A stretch of 61,719 nt of DNA from Candidatus Azambacteria bacterium (GCA_027048495.1 JALTWS010000016.1:1-61719); one strand, 5' to 3'; shown: positions 7,668 to 17,923, counted from the first letter of the stretch. Numbers and translations are program-made. Notes: generated by a model not told the origin, from the sequence alone.

Positions 7668-8192
7668 ATGGGAACTTTAAAGTCAAAAATTGAATCATTG
7701 CTTTTTATATCCGGAGATCCGCTAAGCATAAAAAAAATTTCTAAAATTTTAAAAGAGCCGGAAACAAAAATAAAAAAAGAATTAGAGCTTTTAACAGAAG
7801 AGTACAAGGACAGGGGGATAGTTATTTTGCTTAAAAATGATAAGGTTCAAATGGTTTCCAATCCGGAAAATTCAGATCTTGTTGAGAAGTTTGTTCATTC
7901 TCAGCTTTCGGAAGATCTTACTCCTGCGGCGCTTGAAACTTTGGCTGTTGTCGCTTACAAAGAGCCGATCTCAAGAGAGGATATAGACAAAATAAGGGGA
8001 GTAAATTCAGTTTTTAGCTTAAGGGCTCTTCTTATGCGTGGACTTGTAGAGAAGACGCAAAAAGATGATGTTGAGTATTACAAAACATCTTTGGATTTTT
8101 TAAAAAAATTAGGAATTTCAAAAGTAAGTGAATTACCAGAATATGAAGAATTATCAAAAACAAATCCGCAAGTTAATAATGATGGAGAGTGA
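7668..8192 (+). CDS. scpB: segregation and condensation protein B
   Basis: IESLLFISGDPLSIKKI and LTPAALETLAVVAYKEPISREDIDKIRGV (winged-helix pair). The ATG abuts the scpA stop. Confidence 0.9.
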   Translation: MGTLKSKIESLLFISGDPLSIKKISKILKEPETKIKKELELLTEEYKDRGIVILLKNDKVQMVSNPENSDLVEKFVHSQLSEDLTPAALETLAVVAYKEPISREDIDKIRGVNSVFSLRALLMRGLVEKTQKDDVEYYKTSLDFLKKLGISKVSELPEYEELSKTNPQVNNDGE

Positions 8193-9357
8193 GAAGTTAG
8201 AAAAAATGAGGCTTTCTCTTATTTTATTTTTAGCTTTGGTTTTTGGTATTGTTCTGCAACATATTATTTTTTCTCCTGAAAACAACAATAAAGCTTTTGC
8301 AGAAAAAAATACCAAAACAACAGAAGTTAATGAAGTTAAAAACAACATTGAAGAGACTCAACTGGCAAAACCAAAAAAAGCAAGTGTTGTGGGTTTTTTA
8401 AATAATGAGAAAAAAGAGCAATATAAAAATACGAACGATAATTTTTTTCAGCAAGCGACATCTACCTTAAAAAACAGCAAACCTTTGCCAAATAAAAAAG
8501 AAAAAAACAAAAAACAAGATGATGTTGTTTTTGAGGAAGATGCTTTTTATTTTTCCGGCTCTTTGTTTTTGCCGATAAAAAATTATGATGTTTCAGAACC
8601 AGAAGTGCTTGCTAAATCTGCTATCGTTGTTTCTGAAAATGGAGATGTGTTGTTTGAAAAAGATGCTGACCTTAAGCTTCCAATAGCAAGCTTAACCAAA
8701 GTTATGACAGCGTTGGTTGTATTGGAAAATATAGATAAAAATGAGATTATAACAATAACTCAAGATGCAATAGAGACAGAAGGAATAGCCGGAAGGTTTT
8801 TTCCTGGAGAAAAGATGCCAGCGATTGATCTTTTAAAAATTATGCTTGTTATATCAAGCAACGATGCGGCAGGGGCTTTTTATGAGTATTTCAAGGAAAA
8901 AGGGGTTGATTTGGTTTCTCTTATGAACAAAAAGGCAAAAGAAATAGGAATGGAAAACACTAATTTTTCAAACCCAATAGGGCTTGATGAGCCGGATAAC
9001 TATTCAACTGCAAGAGATTATTCAAAGCTTGTTTTGCATTCTCTGAAAAATAAAGACTTATGGAAAATACTTTCAACAAAAGAGGAAATAATAAAAGCAT
9101 ATTCAGAGGGGGCTTTAAACAGAAAAATAATGTCAAGCAACAAACTGATGTTTGACAGTGATTTGAAAGATATAGTAATTGGAGGCAAAACAGGTTATAC
9201 TCAAAAAGCACAAGGTTGTCTTATGTCTTTGTTTTTTGCCGATGAGAAAAAAAAGATAAAAGCAGTTTCTGTTTTGCTTGGGGCGGACGGAATAGAACTA
9301 AGGTTTTCTGAAACTAAAAAGTTGATAGAATGGTCAAAAAAAGCTTATATATTTTAA
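8179..9357 (+). CDS. D-alanyl-D-alanine carboxypeptidase (serine-type, S11/PBP5-like)
   Basis: Motifs SLTKVMT (SxxK), SSND (SxN) and KTGYT (KTG), with an N-terminal TM segment. The start is uncertain: the ORF is open from 8128, and ATGs at 8179 and 8206 avoid a long overlap with scpB. Confidence 0.85.
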   Translation: MMESEKLEKMRLSLILFLALVFGIVLQHIIFSPENNNKAFAEKNTKTTEVNEVKNNIEETQLAKPKKASVVGFLNNEKKEQYKNTNDNFFQQATSTLKNSKPLPNKKEKNKKQDDVVFEEDAFYFSGSLFLPIKNYDVSEPEVLAKSAIVVSENGDVLFEKDADLKLPIASLTKVMTALVVLENIDKNEIITITQDAIETEGIAGRFFPGEKMPAIDLLKIMLVISSNDAAGAFYEYFKEKGVDLVSLMNKKAKEIGMENTNFSNPIGLDEPDNYSTARDYSKLVLHSLKNKDLWKILSTKEEIIKAYSEGALNRKIMSSNKLMFDSDLKDIVIGGKTGYTQKAQGCLMSLFFADEKKKIKAVSVLLGADGIELRFSETKKLIEWSKKAYIF

Positions 9358-9367
9358 ATTATAATTT

Positions 9368-10417
9368 ATGGTAGAAAGTTTTTTGCTTATAAAAATACTT
9401 TTTTTTGCTTCAGTTTCTTTTATAGTAGCTATTTTATTAACGCCTGTTCTTACCCATTTTCTTTATAAATATAAACTTGGCAAACAGATAAGAACACAGG
9501 AAGCGGCTCCTGTTTTTTCTAAATTGCACAGCAAAAAAGCCGGTACTCCTACTATGGGAGGTATTTTGATATGGGTGACTGTTCTTTTTTTGTCTTTGTT
9601 GTTTTTTGTTCTTGCTAAAATCTTTGAAGATTCAATTTTTGCAGAACTAAATTTTCTAACCAGAGAACAAACTTATTTACCTTTGGGTATTTTGGTTTTT
9701 GCTGCTTTGGTCGGACTTTTAGATGATTTGCTTGGAGTTTTTAGAATCGGTCCAAAAGGAGGCGGGCTAAATATGATGCACAGGATATTGATTTTCACTG
9801 GAGTTGCATCAGTTGGCGCCTGGTGGTTTTATTTTAAACTTGGTTGGGATTCTTTTTATATACCTTTTTTGGGGGATTTTTCCATAGGTTTTTGGTATAT
9901 TCCTGTTTTTATTTTCATAATAGTAGCAACAGCATTTTCTGTGAATGAAACAGACGGGCTTGATGGCCTTGCTGGAGGAGTTCTTGCTATTGCTTTTTCT
10001 TCTTATGTTGTTGTTGCTATAATGCAGGGGAAAGCTGAATTGGCAGTTTTTTCTGCTGTTGTGGTTGGAGCTTTGGTTGCGTTTTTATGGTTTAATGTTT
10101 ATCCAGCAAGATTCTTTATGGGAGATACTGGGGCTATGTCTTTGGGGGTTACTTTGGGAGTTTTGGCAATGCTTACAAACACAGCTTTGTTGCTTCCTCT
10201 TTTTGGATTTATTCTTGTTATAGAATCTCTTTCTGTTATAGCTCAGATGTTGTCTAAAAAAATAAGAAAAAAGAAAATATGGCATTCAACTCCTATACAT
10301 CACCATTTTGAGGCAAAGGGTTGGCCAGAAACTAAAGTTACAATGCGTTTTTGGATTGTTTCTGCAATAACAGCGGCAATAGGGCTTATGATATTTGTTT
10401 TAGATAGAATTTTATAA
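9368..10417 (+). CDS. mraY: phospho-N-acetylmuramoyl-pentapeptide transferase
   Basis: Multi-TM protein with DDLLGV, NETDGLDGLAGG, NVYPARFFMGDTGAMSLG and HHHFE. Confidence 0.95.
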   Translation: MVESFLLIKILFFASVSFIVAILLTPVLTHFLYKYKLGKQIRTQEAAPVFSKLHSKKAGTPTMGGILIWVTVLFLSLLFFVLAKIFEDSIFAELNFLTREQTYLPLGILVFAALVGLLDDLLGVFRIGPKGGGLNMMHRILIFTGVASVGAWWFYFKLGWDSFYIPFLGDFSIGFWYIPVFIFIIVATAFSVNETDGLDGLAGGVLAIAFSSYVVVAIMQGKAELAVFSAVVVGALVAFLWFNVYPARFFMGDTGAMSLGVTLGVLAMLTNTALLLPLFGFILVIESLSVIAQMLSKKIRKKKIWHSTPIHHHFEAKGWPETKVTMRFWIVSAITAAIGLMIFVLDRIL

Positions 10418-10475
10418 TTTTTGTATTTTAAATATTTAGGCAGGCTTAAATTACAAAAATATTTTCCACTCACTT

Positions 10476-10570
10476 TTCACTCACTCAACTCACGATCGTG
10501 AGTTTGGTGAGTGAATTTATTTATAAAAACTTTTAACTCATCTAACTCACGATCGTGAGTTAGATGAGTG
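10476..10570. repeat. tandem array (2 units, 57 bp period) of the AACTCACGATCGTGAGTT palindrome family (locus 2)
   Basis: Unit 10476-10515 (TTCACTCACTCAACTCACGATCGTGAGTTTGGTGAGTGAA) has one mismatched pair and one T:G pair. Unit 10536-10569 is perfect (ACTCATCTAACTCACGATCGTGAGTTAGATGAGT). Confidence 0.95.
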
Positions 10571-10646
10571 AGGTTAGGAAAAAGAGAAATTTTGGGTAGT
10601 CATAACTGTTTTGTAAGGAAACAGATTTTTGTGATATAATTTAAGC

Positions 10647-12233
10647 ATGTATGACATACTTATAAAAAATGGAACTATTTTTGACGGAACTGGAAAAAAA
10701 GACGGTTTTGTTGCTGATATTGCAATAAATGGAAACACTATAGAAAAAGTTGCAAGCAATATAAAAGCAAGCGCTAGAAACATTATAGATGCAACTGGGC
10801 TTTATGTTGCTCCTGGATTTATAGATGTGCTTAACCATTCCGATACTTATTTAACTTTATTTACCATACCAGATCAGAATAGTTTAATTTCTCAGGGAAT
10901 AACAACTATAATTGGAGGAAATTGCGGAGCATCTTTGGCTCCTTTGGTTTCTTCAAATGCTATTATATCTGTTCAAAAATGGACTGATACATCTCAAATA
11001 AATGTTGATTGGCTTAGAGTTTCAGAATTTTTAAATGTTCTTCAGGAAAAAAATAAACTTGCTTTGAATTTTGGAACTTTAGTTGGATACAGCACTGTTA
11101 GAAACGGGTTGCTTAAAGGAGAACAAAGAAAGCTAACAGGACAGGAAATAGAAATAGCGGGTTTTTTAATAGACCAAGCTCAAAAAGAAGGGGCGTTTGG
11201 ACTTTCTTCGGGGCTTGTTTATTCGGGAGAGAAATTTGTCTCAGACGAAGAGCTTAGCTATATTCTTCCAATAGTTGCAAAAAACAAGGGAATTTTTGTT
11301 GTTCACTTGCGAAATGAAGCAGAAAGGCTTGTAGATTCTATAAAGGAGGTTATATCTTGGGCTCAGGATGCGCAATGTAAACTTCATATTTCTCATCTTA
11401 AAGCTATTGGATCTGACAATTGGACAAAATTTTCTGATGCGCTTTTGGAAATAGAAAAAGCAAACGAAAAAGGTATTGAAGTTACTTTTGATGTTTTTCC
11501 TTATGCTTCAAACGGGCTTGCTTTGTATTCTATTTTGCCCGCATGGGCAAAAACAGGAAATAAAGAACAAATAAAGCAAAGACTTCAAGATAAAAAGGCA
11601 AGAGAAACTATTAAAATGGATTTGAGAAATTTAAATTTAAATTATAAAAAAATGACTATAGCTTCTCTTGCTGGAGATGATATTTTTTTGGGAAAGACAA
11701 TATATGACATAGCAAAAAATTGGGAGGCCGAAGAAGAAGATGTTATTTTGGATCTGCTTGTTGGCTCTAACCTTAAAGTTATAGTTTTTGCTCATGTATT
11801 GAGCGAAGAAAATGTTCAGAAAGGAATAATGCATCATTTGGGAATTGTTACATCTGATGGAGCAGGGTACAACATTGAATATAAAAAGTTCAAAGACATG
11901 CCTCATCCAAGAGCGTTTGGGGCCTTTCCTAGATTTTTAAGAAAATATCCTCATCCAAAAAATGTTCATATAATTTCTTACAAAGAGGCGATATATAAAA
12001 TAACAGGTTATCCGGCAAAAATTTTTGGAATTAAAAAAAGGGGAAATATAAAACCTGGGTTTTTTGCGGATATTACCATTTTTGATCCTAATAAAATAGA
12101 AGAGATAACAACATTTGAAGATCCTTATCATTACAGTGTTGGTGTCAATGCAGTATTTGTCAATGGAAAACTTGCTTATGACAAAGGAGATTTTAAGAAA
12201 GTTTACGCCGGAAAGGTTTTGAAAAAATCTTAA
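10647..12233 (+). CDS. metal-dependent amidohydrolase, N-acyl-D-amino-acid deacylase (D-aminoacylase) family
   Basis: APGFIDVLNHSD, GGNCG, VVHLRNE, HISHLKA and TSDGAG align with D-aminoacylase metal and catalytic positions. The first His of the HxH motif is Leu here. Confidence 0.75.
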   Translation: MYDILIKNGTIFDGTGKKDGFVADIAINGNTIEKVASNIKASARNIIDATGLYVAPGFIDVLNHSDTYLTLFTIPDQNSLISQGITTIIGGNCGASLAPLVSSNAIISVQKWTDTSQINVDWLRVSEFLNVLQEKNKLALNFGTLVGYSTVRNGLLKGEQRKLTGQEIEIAGFLIDQAQKEGAFGLSSGLVYSGEKFVSDEELSYILPIVAKNKGIFVVHLRNEAERLVDSIKEVISWAQDAQCKLHISHLKAIGSDNWTKFSDALLEIEKANEKGIEVTFDVFPYASNGLALYSILPAWAKTGNKEQIKQRLQDKKARETIKMDLRNLNLNYKKMTIASLAGDDIFLGKTIYDIAKNWEAEEEDVILDLLVGSNLKVIVFAHVLSEENVQKGIMHHLGIVTSDGAGYNIEYKKFKDMPHPRAFGAFPRFLRKYPHPKNVHIISYKEAIYKITGYPAKIFGIKKRGNIKPGFFADITIFDPNKIEEITTFEDPYHYSVGVNAVFVNGKLAYDKGDFKKVYAGKVLKKS

Positions 12234-12241
12234 AGTTTATT

Positions 12242-13345
12242 ATGAAAAAAGCAAAGGGAGATACATTTTTTTTGCTTGTGCTTGGCATGATTTTATTGTT
12301 TGGGCTTGCCATTTTGGCAAGCGCTTCTTCTGTTTTGTCTTTTAAAGATTATGGTAACTCCTACGGGTATTTGAAACATCAGGTTTTGTTTGCTTTATTG
12401 CCGGGTATAGTTGCTTTTTTTGTGGCAAGCAGGATAAATTATTCTATTTATAAAAAGCTGGCAATGCCGTTTTTGATTTTTAATATTTTTCTGCTTTTTT
12501 TGCTTTTTGTTCCTTCTTTGAGCTTTGAAACAAAAGGGGCTGTAAGATGGCTTCAGTTTGGATCGCTTACTTTTCAGCCTTCTGAACTTTTGAAACTATC
12601 TTTTATTTTATATCTTTCTGCTTGGTTTGAATCCAGAAGAAAAAATTTAAAAACTCTTCAAGGAGGGCTTATTCCTTTTTTAGTTGTTTGTTCAATAATA
12701 GCGGTTTTTTTGATAGCTCAACCAGATTTAGGAACTTTGATAGTTATTTTGCTTATAGGAGCGATTATTTATTTTATAGCAGGTGGAAGAATTGTGCATC
12801 TTATATTGTCTGGTATTTTAGGTATTGTAGCGTTTGTTATTTTGGTTTATTCTGACCAATACAGGCTTCAGAGAGTAACTACCTTTTTTAATCCTGAATT
12901 GGATCCTTTGGGAGCCGCATATCAAATAAACCAAGCTTTGATAGCTATAGGTTCAGGCGGTATTTTTGGGCAAGGATTTGGCATGTCAAAACAAAAGTAT
13001 AATTATTTGCCAGAAGCTATGGGGGACTCAATATTTGCTATTGTTGCAGAGGAGCTTGGTTTTGTTGGGGTTTTAATAGCTATAATATTGTTTTTGCTTT
13101 TGGCATACAGAGGATTTTGGATAGCAAAAAGAGCAAATACAAGTTTTGGTAAGTTTGTGGTTGTTGGTATAATATCATGGATAAGCATTCAAGCTTTTGT
13201 AAATATTGGAGCTATATCAGGAATGTTGCCTTTGACTGGTATAACATTGCCTTTTGTCAGCTACGGAGGTTCTTCTTTGCTTGTTTTACTTGCGGCATCT
13301 GGTATAGTATATAATATATCAAAAAGCATTAAACAGAAAAAATAA
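12242..13345 (+). CDS. ftsW: SEDS-family peptidoglycan glycosyltransferase (FtsW/RodA/SpoVE)
   Basis: FQPSELLK, PDLGT, LPEAMGDSIFA and TLPFVSYGGSS, with about 10 TM segments. It lies between mraY and murG. Confidence 0.88.
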   Translation: MKKAKGDTFFLLVLGMILLFGLAILASASSVLSFKDYGNSYGYLKHQVLFALLPGIVAFFVASRINYSIYKKLAMPFLIFNIFLLFLLFVPSLSFETKGAVRWLQFGSLTFQPSELLKLSFILYLSAWFESRRKNLKTLQGGLIPFLVVCSIIAVFLIAQPDLGTLIVILLIGAIIYFIAGGRIVHLILSGILGIVAFVILVYSDQYRLQRVTTFFNPELDPLGAAYQINQALIAIGSGGIFGQGFGMSKQKYNYLPEAMGDSIFAIVAEELGFVGVLIAIILFLLLAYRGFWIAKRANTSFGKFVVVGIISWISIQAFVNIGAISGMLPLTGITLPFVSYGGSSLLVLLAASGIVYNISKSIKQKK

Positions 13346-13346
13346 A

Positions 13347-14474
13347 ATGAGAGTTTTACTTACAGGAGGTGGAACTGGCGGACATATATTTCCTCTTATT
13401 GCAGTATCAAAAAAACTAAAAGAGCTTGCCGCTCAAAGAGGAATTCAAAATATTGAATTTTTGTATGTTGGTCCGGCCTTTGATGAAGCAGCAGAAGAGA
13501 TCTTTCGGCATGAGAATATCAAAACTAAATATATATTGGCAGGGAAGTTCAGGAGATATTATTCTGCTTCAAATATAATTGATTTATTTAAAATTCCGAT
13601 AGGAATATTGCAGTGTTTATGGATATTGTTTTGGTTTATGCCGGAAGTTGTTTTTTCAAAAGGCGGATACGGCAGTTTTCCGGCAATGCTTGTATCTTGG
13701 CTTTACAGGATACCTGTAAGAATGATACATGAGTCTGATTCTGTTGTTGGCTTGGCAAACAAAATAACTTCTTTTTTTGCTACAAAAATAGGCATAGCTT
13801 TCAAAGAGGCGGCAGTAAAATTTCCTCTTAAAAAAACCGCTCTTGTTGGACTGCCAACAAGAGACGATCTTTGTTGGCAGGATAAACAAACGGCAAGGAA
13901 TTTTTTTAAAATATCTTCTCAAAAGCCAGTGCTTCTTATTATGGGAGGATCACAAGGAGCAGAGAGCATAAATAATGCTGTTTTTGAGATAATATCTGAC
14001 TTGCTTGAAAAATACGAGGTTATTCATATATGTGGAAGAAGAAATTATGAAAAATTCAAAGCAAATATAGACCCAATAATTGATCCTGACCTTAAAAAAT
14101 ATTATCATTTATATCCTTTTTTAACTGAAGAGTTAAAATTTGCTTTTTCTTTGGCTGATATGGTTGTTTCAAGGGCTGGGGCAAGCAGTATTTTTGAAAT
14201 AGCAAAATGCCAAAAACCAAGCATTTTAATTCCACTTAAAGGCTCTGCTCAAGATCACCAAAGAAGTAATGCTTATATATACGCAAAATCTGGCGGCACA
14301 ATAGTTATAGAAGAAGATAATCTTACTCCACATATTCTTTTGCAAAGAATTTATCAAATATTGGATGATGAGAATGTTAAAAAAAAGATGTCAACAAATG
14401 CTGCCAGCTTTGCTACTCCAAATTCAGCAGAGTTGATAGCAAAAGAGATATTAACTTCTTTTGGGGTTATGTAA
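13347..14474 (+). CDS. murG: UDP-GlcNAc:lipid I N-acetylglucosaminyltransferase
   Basis: LLTGGGTGGHIFP, MGGSQGA, RAGASSIFE. It has a GT28 layout and starts 1 nt after the ftsW stop. Confidence 0.93.
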   Translation: MRVLLTGGGTGGHIFPLIAVSKKLKELAAQRGIQNIEFLYVGPAFDEAAEEIFRHENIKTKYILAGKFRRYYSASNIIDLFKIPIGILQCLWILFWFMPEVVFSKGGYGSFPAMLVSWLYRIPVRMIHESDSVVGLANKITSFFATKIGIAFKEAAVKFPLKKTALVGLPTRDDLCWQDKQTARNFFKISSQKPVLLIMGGSQGAESINNAVFEIISDLLEKYEVIHICGRRNYEKFKANIDPIIDPDLKKYYHLYPFLTEELKFAFSLADMVVSRAGASSIFEIAKCQKPSILIPLKGSAQDHQRSNAYIYAKSGGTIVIEEDNLTPHILLQRIYQILDDENVKKKMSTNAASFATPNSAELIAKEILTSFGVM

Positions 14475-14478
14475 AAAT

Positions 14479-15972
14479 ATGAAAAACGAAATTGTAAGAA
14501 CAAGAATAGCGCCTTCTCCAACAGGGTATTTGCATATAGGAACAGCAAGGACTGCTCTTATAAATTATATATTTGCAAAGCAAAACAGAGGAAAGTTTAT
14601 ATTAAGAATAGAAGATACAGACCTTTTAAGATCTGATCCTAAATTTGAAAAAGATATAATAGAGGGACTAAGATGGCTTGGTATTTTTTGGGACGAAGGA
14701 GTTGAGGTTGGGGGAGATTATGCTCCTTATAAACAGTCAGAAAGGATAGAAACTTACAAAAAATATATAAAATCTCTTTTAGAACAGGGAAGAGCTTATC
14801 ATTGTTTTTGTACGGAAGAAGAACTTGAAAAACACAGGCAAAGCATGCTTGCCTCTGGAGAGCCGGCAATATACTCTGGAAAATGCTCAAAATTAAGCCA
14901 AAAAGAAGCTGAAGAAAAAATAAAAAATGGCCAAAAAAGCATAATAAGATTTAAAACTCCTTCAAAAAAAATAATATTTGAAGATTTGATAAAAGGAAAG
15001 ATAGAGTTTGATACAGATTTAATAGGAGATATAGCAATAGCCAAAAATGAAAATACGCCACTTTATAATTTTGCAGTTGTTGTTGATGATTATGATATGG
15101 ATATAAATTATGTGATAAGAGGCGAGGATCACATCTCAAACACTCCAAAGCAAATAATAATCCAAGATGCGCTTGGATTTAAAAGGCCAATTTATGCTCA
15201 CCTGCCTTTAGTTTTAGGACCTGATAAAAGAAAACTGTCAAAAAGAGACGGAGCTGTTTCTGTTATTGATTATAAAAAGGATGGATATTTGCCAGAAGCA
15301 ATTGTAAATTTTTTGGCGCTTTTGGGCTGGAATCCGGGAGATGATAGGGAGATTTTTAGCATGGAAGATCTGATAAAAGAATTTAAAATAGAAAAATTTC
15401 AAAAATCAGGAGCAATTTTTAATATTAAAAAGTTGGATTGGTTCAATGCTTACTACATAAAACAAAAAGATTTGTCAGAGTTGGTTGAGCTTTGCCTTCC
15501 TTATCTTAAAGAAGCCGACCTTTTAGAAGAAAGGGAAGGGGAATTATTTTTAAAATCAACAGAAGAAAAAATAAGCAAAAAATGGATTGAAAAAATGTTG
15601 GTTTTAGAAAGAGATAGAATAAAAAAACTTTCAGAAATAAGCTATGCTTTGAGTTTCTTTTTTGCTGAAACTTTACATTTTGATCCTAATTTACTTATTT
15701 GGAAAAAAAGCGATAAAGAACAGACAAAAAAAGTTTTATCTGAATTAATTGAAATTTTTGAAGCAATAGACAAAGACGCTTTTGTTGAAAGCTCAATAAA
15801 AAACAGCATTGCCCATCTTGCAGAAAATTATGGCAATGGATCTGTTTATTGGCCCTTGAGAGTTGCGCTTTCTGGGAGAGAAGCTTCTCCAGGGCCGTTG
15901 CAAATAGCCGAAATTTTAGGAAAAGAAAAAACAATAAAAAGAGTCAAAGATGCGTTACATGCCTTATTATAA
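14479..15972 (+). CDS. gltX: glutamyl-tRNA synthetase
   Basis: RIAPSPTGYLHIGTART (HIGH motif) and KLSKR (KMSKS-type). ATG 14479 lies 4 nt after the murG stop, and the TTG at 14461 is rejected. Confidence 0.95.
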   Translation: MKNEIVRTRIAPSPTGYLHIGTARTALINYIFAKQNRGKFILRIEDTDLLRSDPKFEKDIIEGLRWLGIFWDEGVEVGGDYAPYKQSERIETYKKYIKSLLEQGRAYHCFCTEEELEKHRQSMLASGEPAIYSGKCSKLSQKEAEEKIKNGQKSIIRFKTPSKKIIFEDLIKGKIEFDTDLIGDIAIAKNENTPLYNFAVVVDDYDMDINYVIRGEDHISNTPKQIIIQDALGFKRPIYAHLPLVLGPDKRKLSKRDGAVSVIDYKKDGYLPEAIVNFLALLGWNPGDDREIFSMEDLIKEFKIEKFQKSGAIFNIKKLDWFNAYYIKQKDLSELVELCLPYLKEADLLEEREGELFLKSTEEKISKKWIEKMLVLERDRIKKLSEISYALSFFFAETLHFDPNLLIWKKSDKEQTKKVLSELIEIFEAIDKDAFVESSIKNSIAHLAENYGNGSVYWPLRVALSGREASPGPLQIAEILGKEKTIKRVKDALHALL

Positions 15973-17209
15973 AAATAAAAAGCTGTTTGTTTTATTTTCT
16001 ATTTTTTTATGTTTGTTTTTGTTTGGTTTTGCTTATGGGGCAAAAGCTTCTTTGATGGAGGAGTTAAAAAGAAAAATAAAAGAAAATACAGAAAAAATAA
16101 AGCAGATAGAAAAAGAAGCAAAGAAGTTTGAAAGTAAACTCCATGAGGCAAGAGATAAAAAAAACACCCTCAAAAGCCAAGTAAAAGAACTTGAGCATGA
16201 AATATACCATCTTAATTTGGAAATACAAAAAACCCAAGCAGAAATTACAAAAACTAACCTTAACATAGATTTGCTAAAAGAGGAGATAAAAGAAAAAGAA
16301 GAACAAATAGTTCAATTGAAAGCTCAAATGGCGTATGTTTTACAGCTTTTATATGAGGCGGACAAAACTTCATTTTTGTCTATTTTGGTTTCTGCAAAAG
16401 ACTTTTCAGATGCTTTAAATCAGAAAGAATATTTAAGAAATTTAGAAAAACAGATGTCTTTATCTTTGGCAAAAGTTAATTTGCTTAAAAAAGATCTTGA
16501 AAGCAACAAAAAAGAACAAGAGAAAAGAGCAAAAGAGCTTTATCTTTTAAATGAAAAGCTGGCAGACCAGCAAGAGATAACAAACAACAAAAAAATAGAA
16601 AAAAAACAACTGTTAAAAGAAACAAAAAATCAGGAATATATATATCAAAAAACTCTAGCAGAGCTTAACAGGCAAAGGAAAAATATAGAAAAAGAAACAG
16701 GAGAGCTGGAAAAAAAGCTCAAAGAAGCAATAAACAAATCAAAACTTCCAAAAGGGAAAGGGATATTAAAATGGCCTTTGGATAACATAAGAATAACCCA
16801 AGGATATGGTATGACTCCGTTTGCAAAAACAGGGGCTTATGGAGGAAATATTCATAATGGGCTTGATATTGCAGGCAGAACAGGAACTCCTGTTAAGTCA
16901 GCAGGAGATGGAGAAATAATAGGAGTTGGCAACAATGGAAGGTATGCTTATGGTAAATGGATAGCTATAAAGCATAACAACGGACTTGTGACTTTGTATG
17001 CGCATCTTTCTTTGCAGAAAGTTAAAAAAGGGCAAAAAGTAAAAGCAGGAGAGTTAATAGGGTATGTGGGAGCAACCGGATATGTTACTGGTCCGCATCT
17101 TCACTTTACTGTTTATGCGCCAGATTCTTTTGATCTGTATCAAAGTTCAAAAATAAGCTGGCTTTGGATACCGGTTGGCGCTCCGCTTAATCCTTTGGAT
17201 TATTTATAA
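15950..17209 (+). CDS. M23/LytM-family peptidoglycan endopeptidase with long N-terminal coiled coil (EnvC-like architecture)
   Basis: Signal/TM segment, about 250 aa of heptad-rich sequence, and a C-terminal HNGLDIAG..GDGEII..HLHFTVY with the catalytic His residues retained. Confidence 0.88.
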   Translation: MRYMPYYKNKKLFVLFSIFLCLFLFGFAYGAKASLMEELKRKIKENTEKIKQIEKEAKKFESKLHEARDKKNTLKSQVKELEHEIYHLNLEIQKTQAEITKTNLNIDLLKEEIKEKEEQIVQLKAQMAYVLQLLYEADKTSFLSILVSAKDFSDALNQKEYLRNLEKQMSLSLAKVNLLKKDLESNKKEQEKRAKELYLLNEKLADQQEITNNKKIEKKQLLKETKNQEYIYQKTLAELNRQRKNIEKETGELEKKLKEAINKSKLPKGKGILKWPLDNIRITQGYGMTPFAKTGAYGGNIHNGLDIAGRTGTPVKSAGDGEIIGVGNNGRYAYGKWIAIKHNNGLVTLYAHLSLQKVKKGQKVKAGELIGYVGATGYVTGPHLHFTVYAPDSFDLYQSSKISWLWIPVGAPLNPLDYL

Positions 17210-17218
17210 AAAAACAAT

Positions 17219-17923
17219 ATGAAAGCAATAATTTTAGCAGGAGGCAGGGGAACAAGGCTTCCAGAAAGTGCAAAAGACATACCAAAAGCATTGGTTAAAG
17301 TAAATGAACTGCCTATAGTTGAACATCAGCTGAATCTTCTTAAAATGCATAATATTTCAGATGTGATATTTTCTTTAGGATTTAGAAGCGATCAGCTTAT
17401 TGATTACATAAAAGGGAAGTACGAGTATGTAGTGGAAAGCTATCCTTTGGGGACTGGAGGAGCTATAAAATATGCTTCAAGCAGTTTATCAGAGCCATTT
17501 TTAGTTTTGAACGGAGATATACTTTCTGACATAAATTTTTCTGATTTTATATCTTCTTTTGAAAAAAGATCAAGCAAACTTTTGGGTTCTGTTGCTGTTG
17601 TTTGGATGGAGAATTGCTCAGATTATGGGCTGGTAAAACATAAAAAAACTGAAGAAGGATTTTTTATTGTAGAGGAGTTTTTAGAAAAGCCAAACACTCC
17701 AATGTCTGGCCATATAAATGCAGGAGTTTATATTCTAACCCCTGAAGCGTTAAGCCATAAAAAAGAAGAAATATTTTCAATTGAAAAAGATGTTTTTCCA
17801 GAACTTTCAAAAAAAGGAAAGATATCTGCATATTTTCATAGTGGAAATTGGATGGATGTTGGAACCGAAGATAGGCTAAAAACAGCAAGAAGTATTAATT
17901 GGCTTTTTTATGGAGATAAATAA
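17219..17923 (+). CDS. sugar-phosphate nucleotidyltransferase
   Basis: MKAIILAGGRGTRLPE G-loop and GGAIKY in a 234-aa NTP_transferase fold. Sugar specificity cannot be called. Confidence 0.8.
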   Translation: MKAIILAGGRGTRLPESAKDIPKALVKVNELPIVEHQLNLLKMHNISDVIFSLGFRSDQLIDYIKGKYEYVVESYPLGTGGAIKYASSSLSEPFLVLNGDILSDINFSDFISSFEKRSSKLLGSVAVVWMENCSDYGLVKHKKTEEGFFIVEEFLEKPNTPMSGHINAGVYILTPEALSHKKEEIFSIEKDVFPELSKKGKISAYFHSGNWMDVGTEDRLKTARSINWLFYGDK

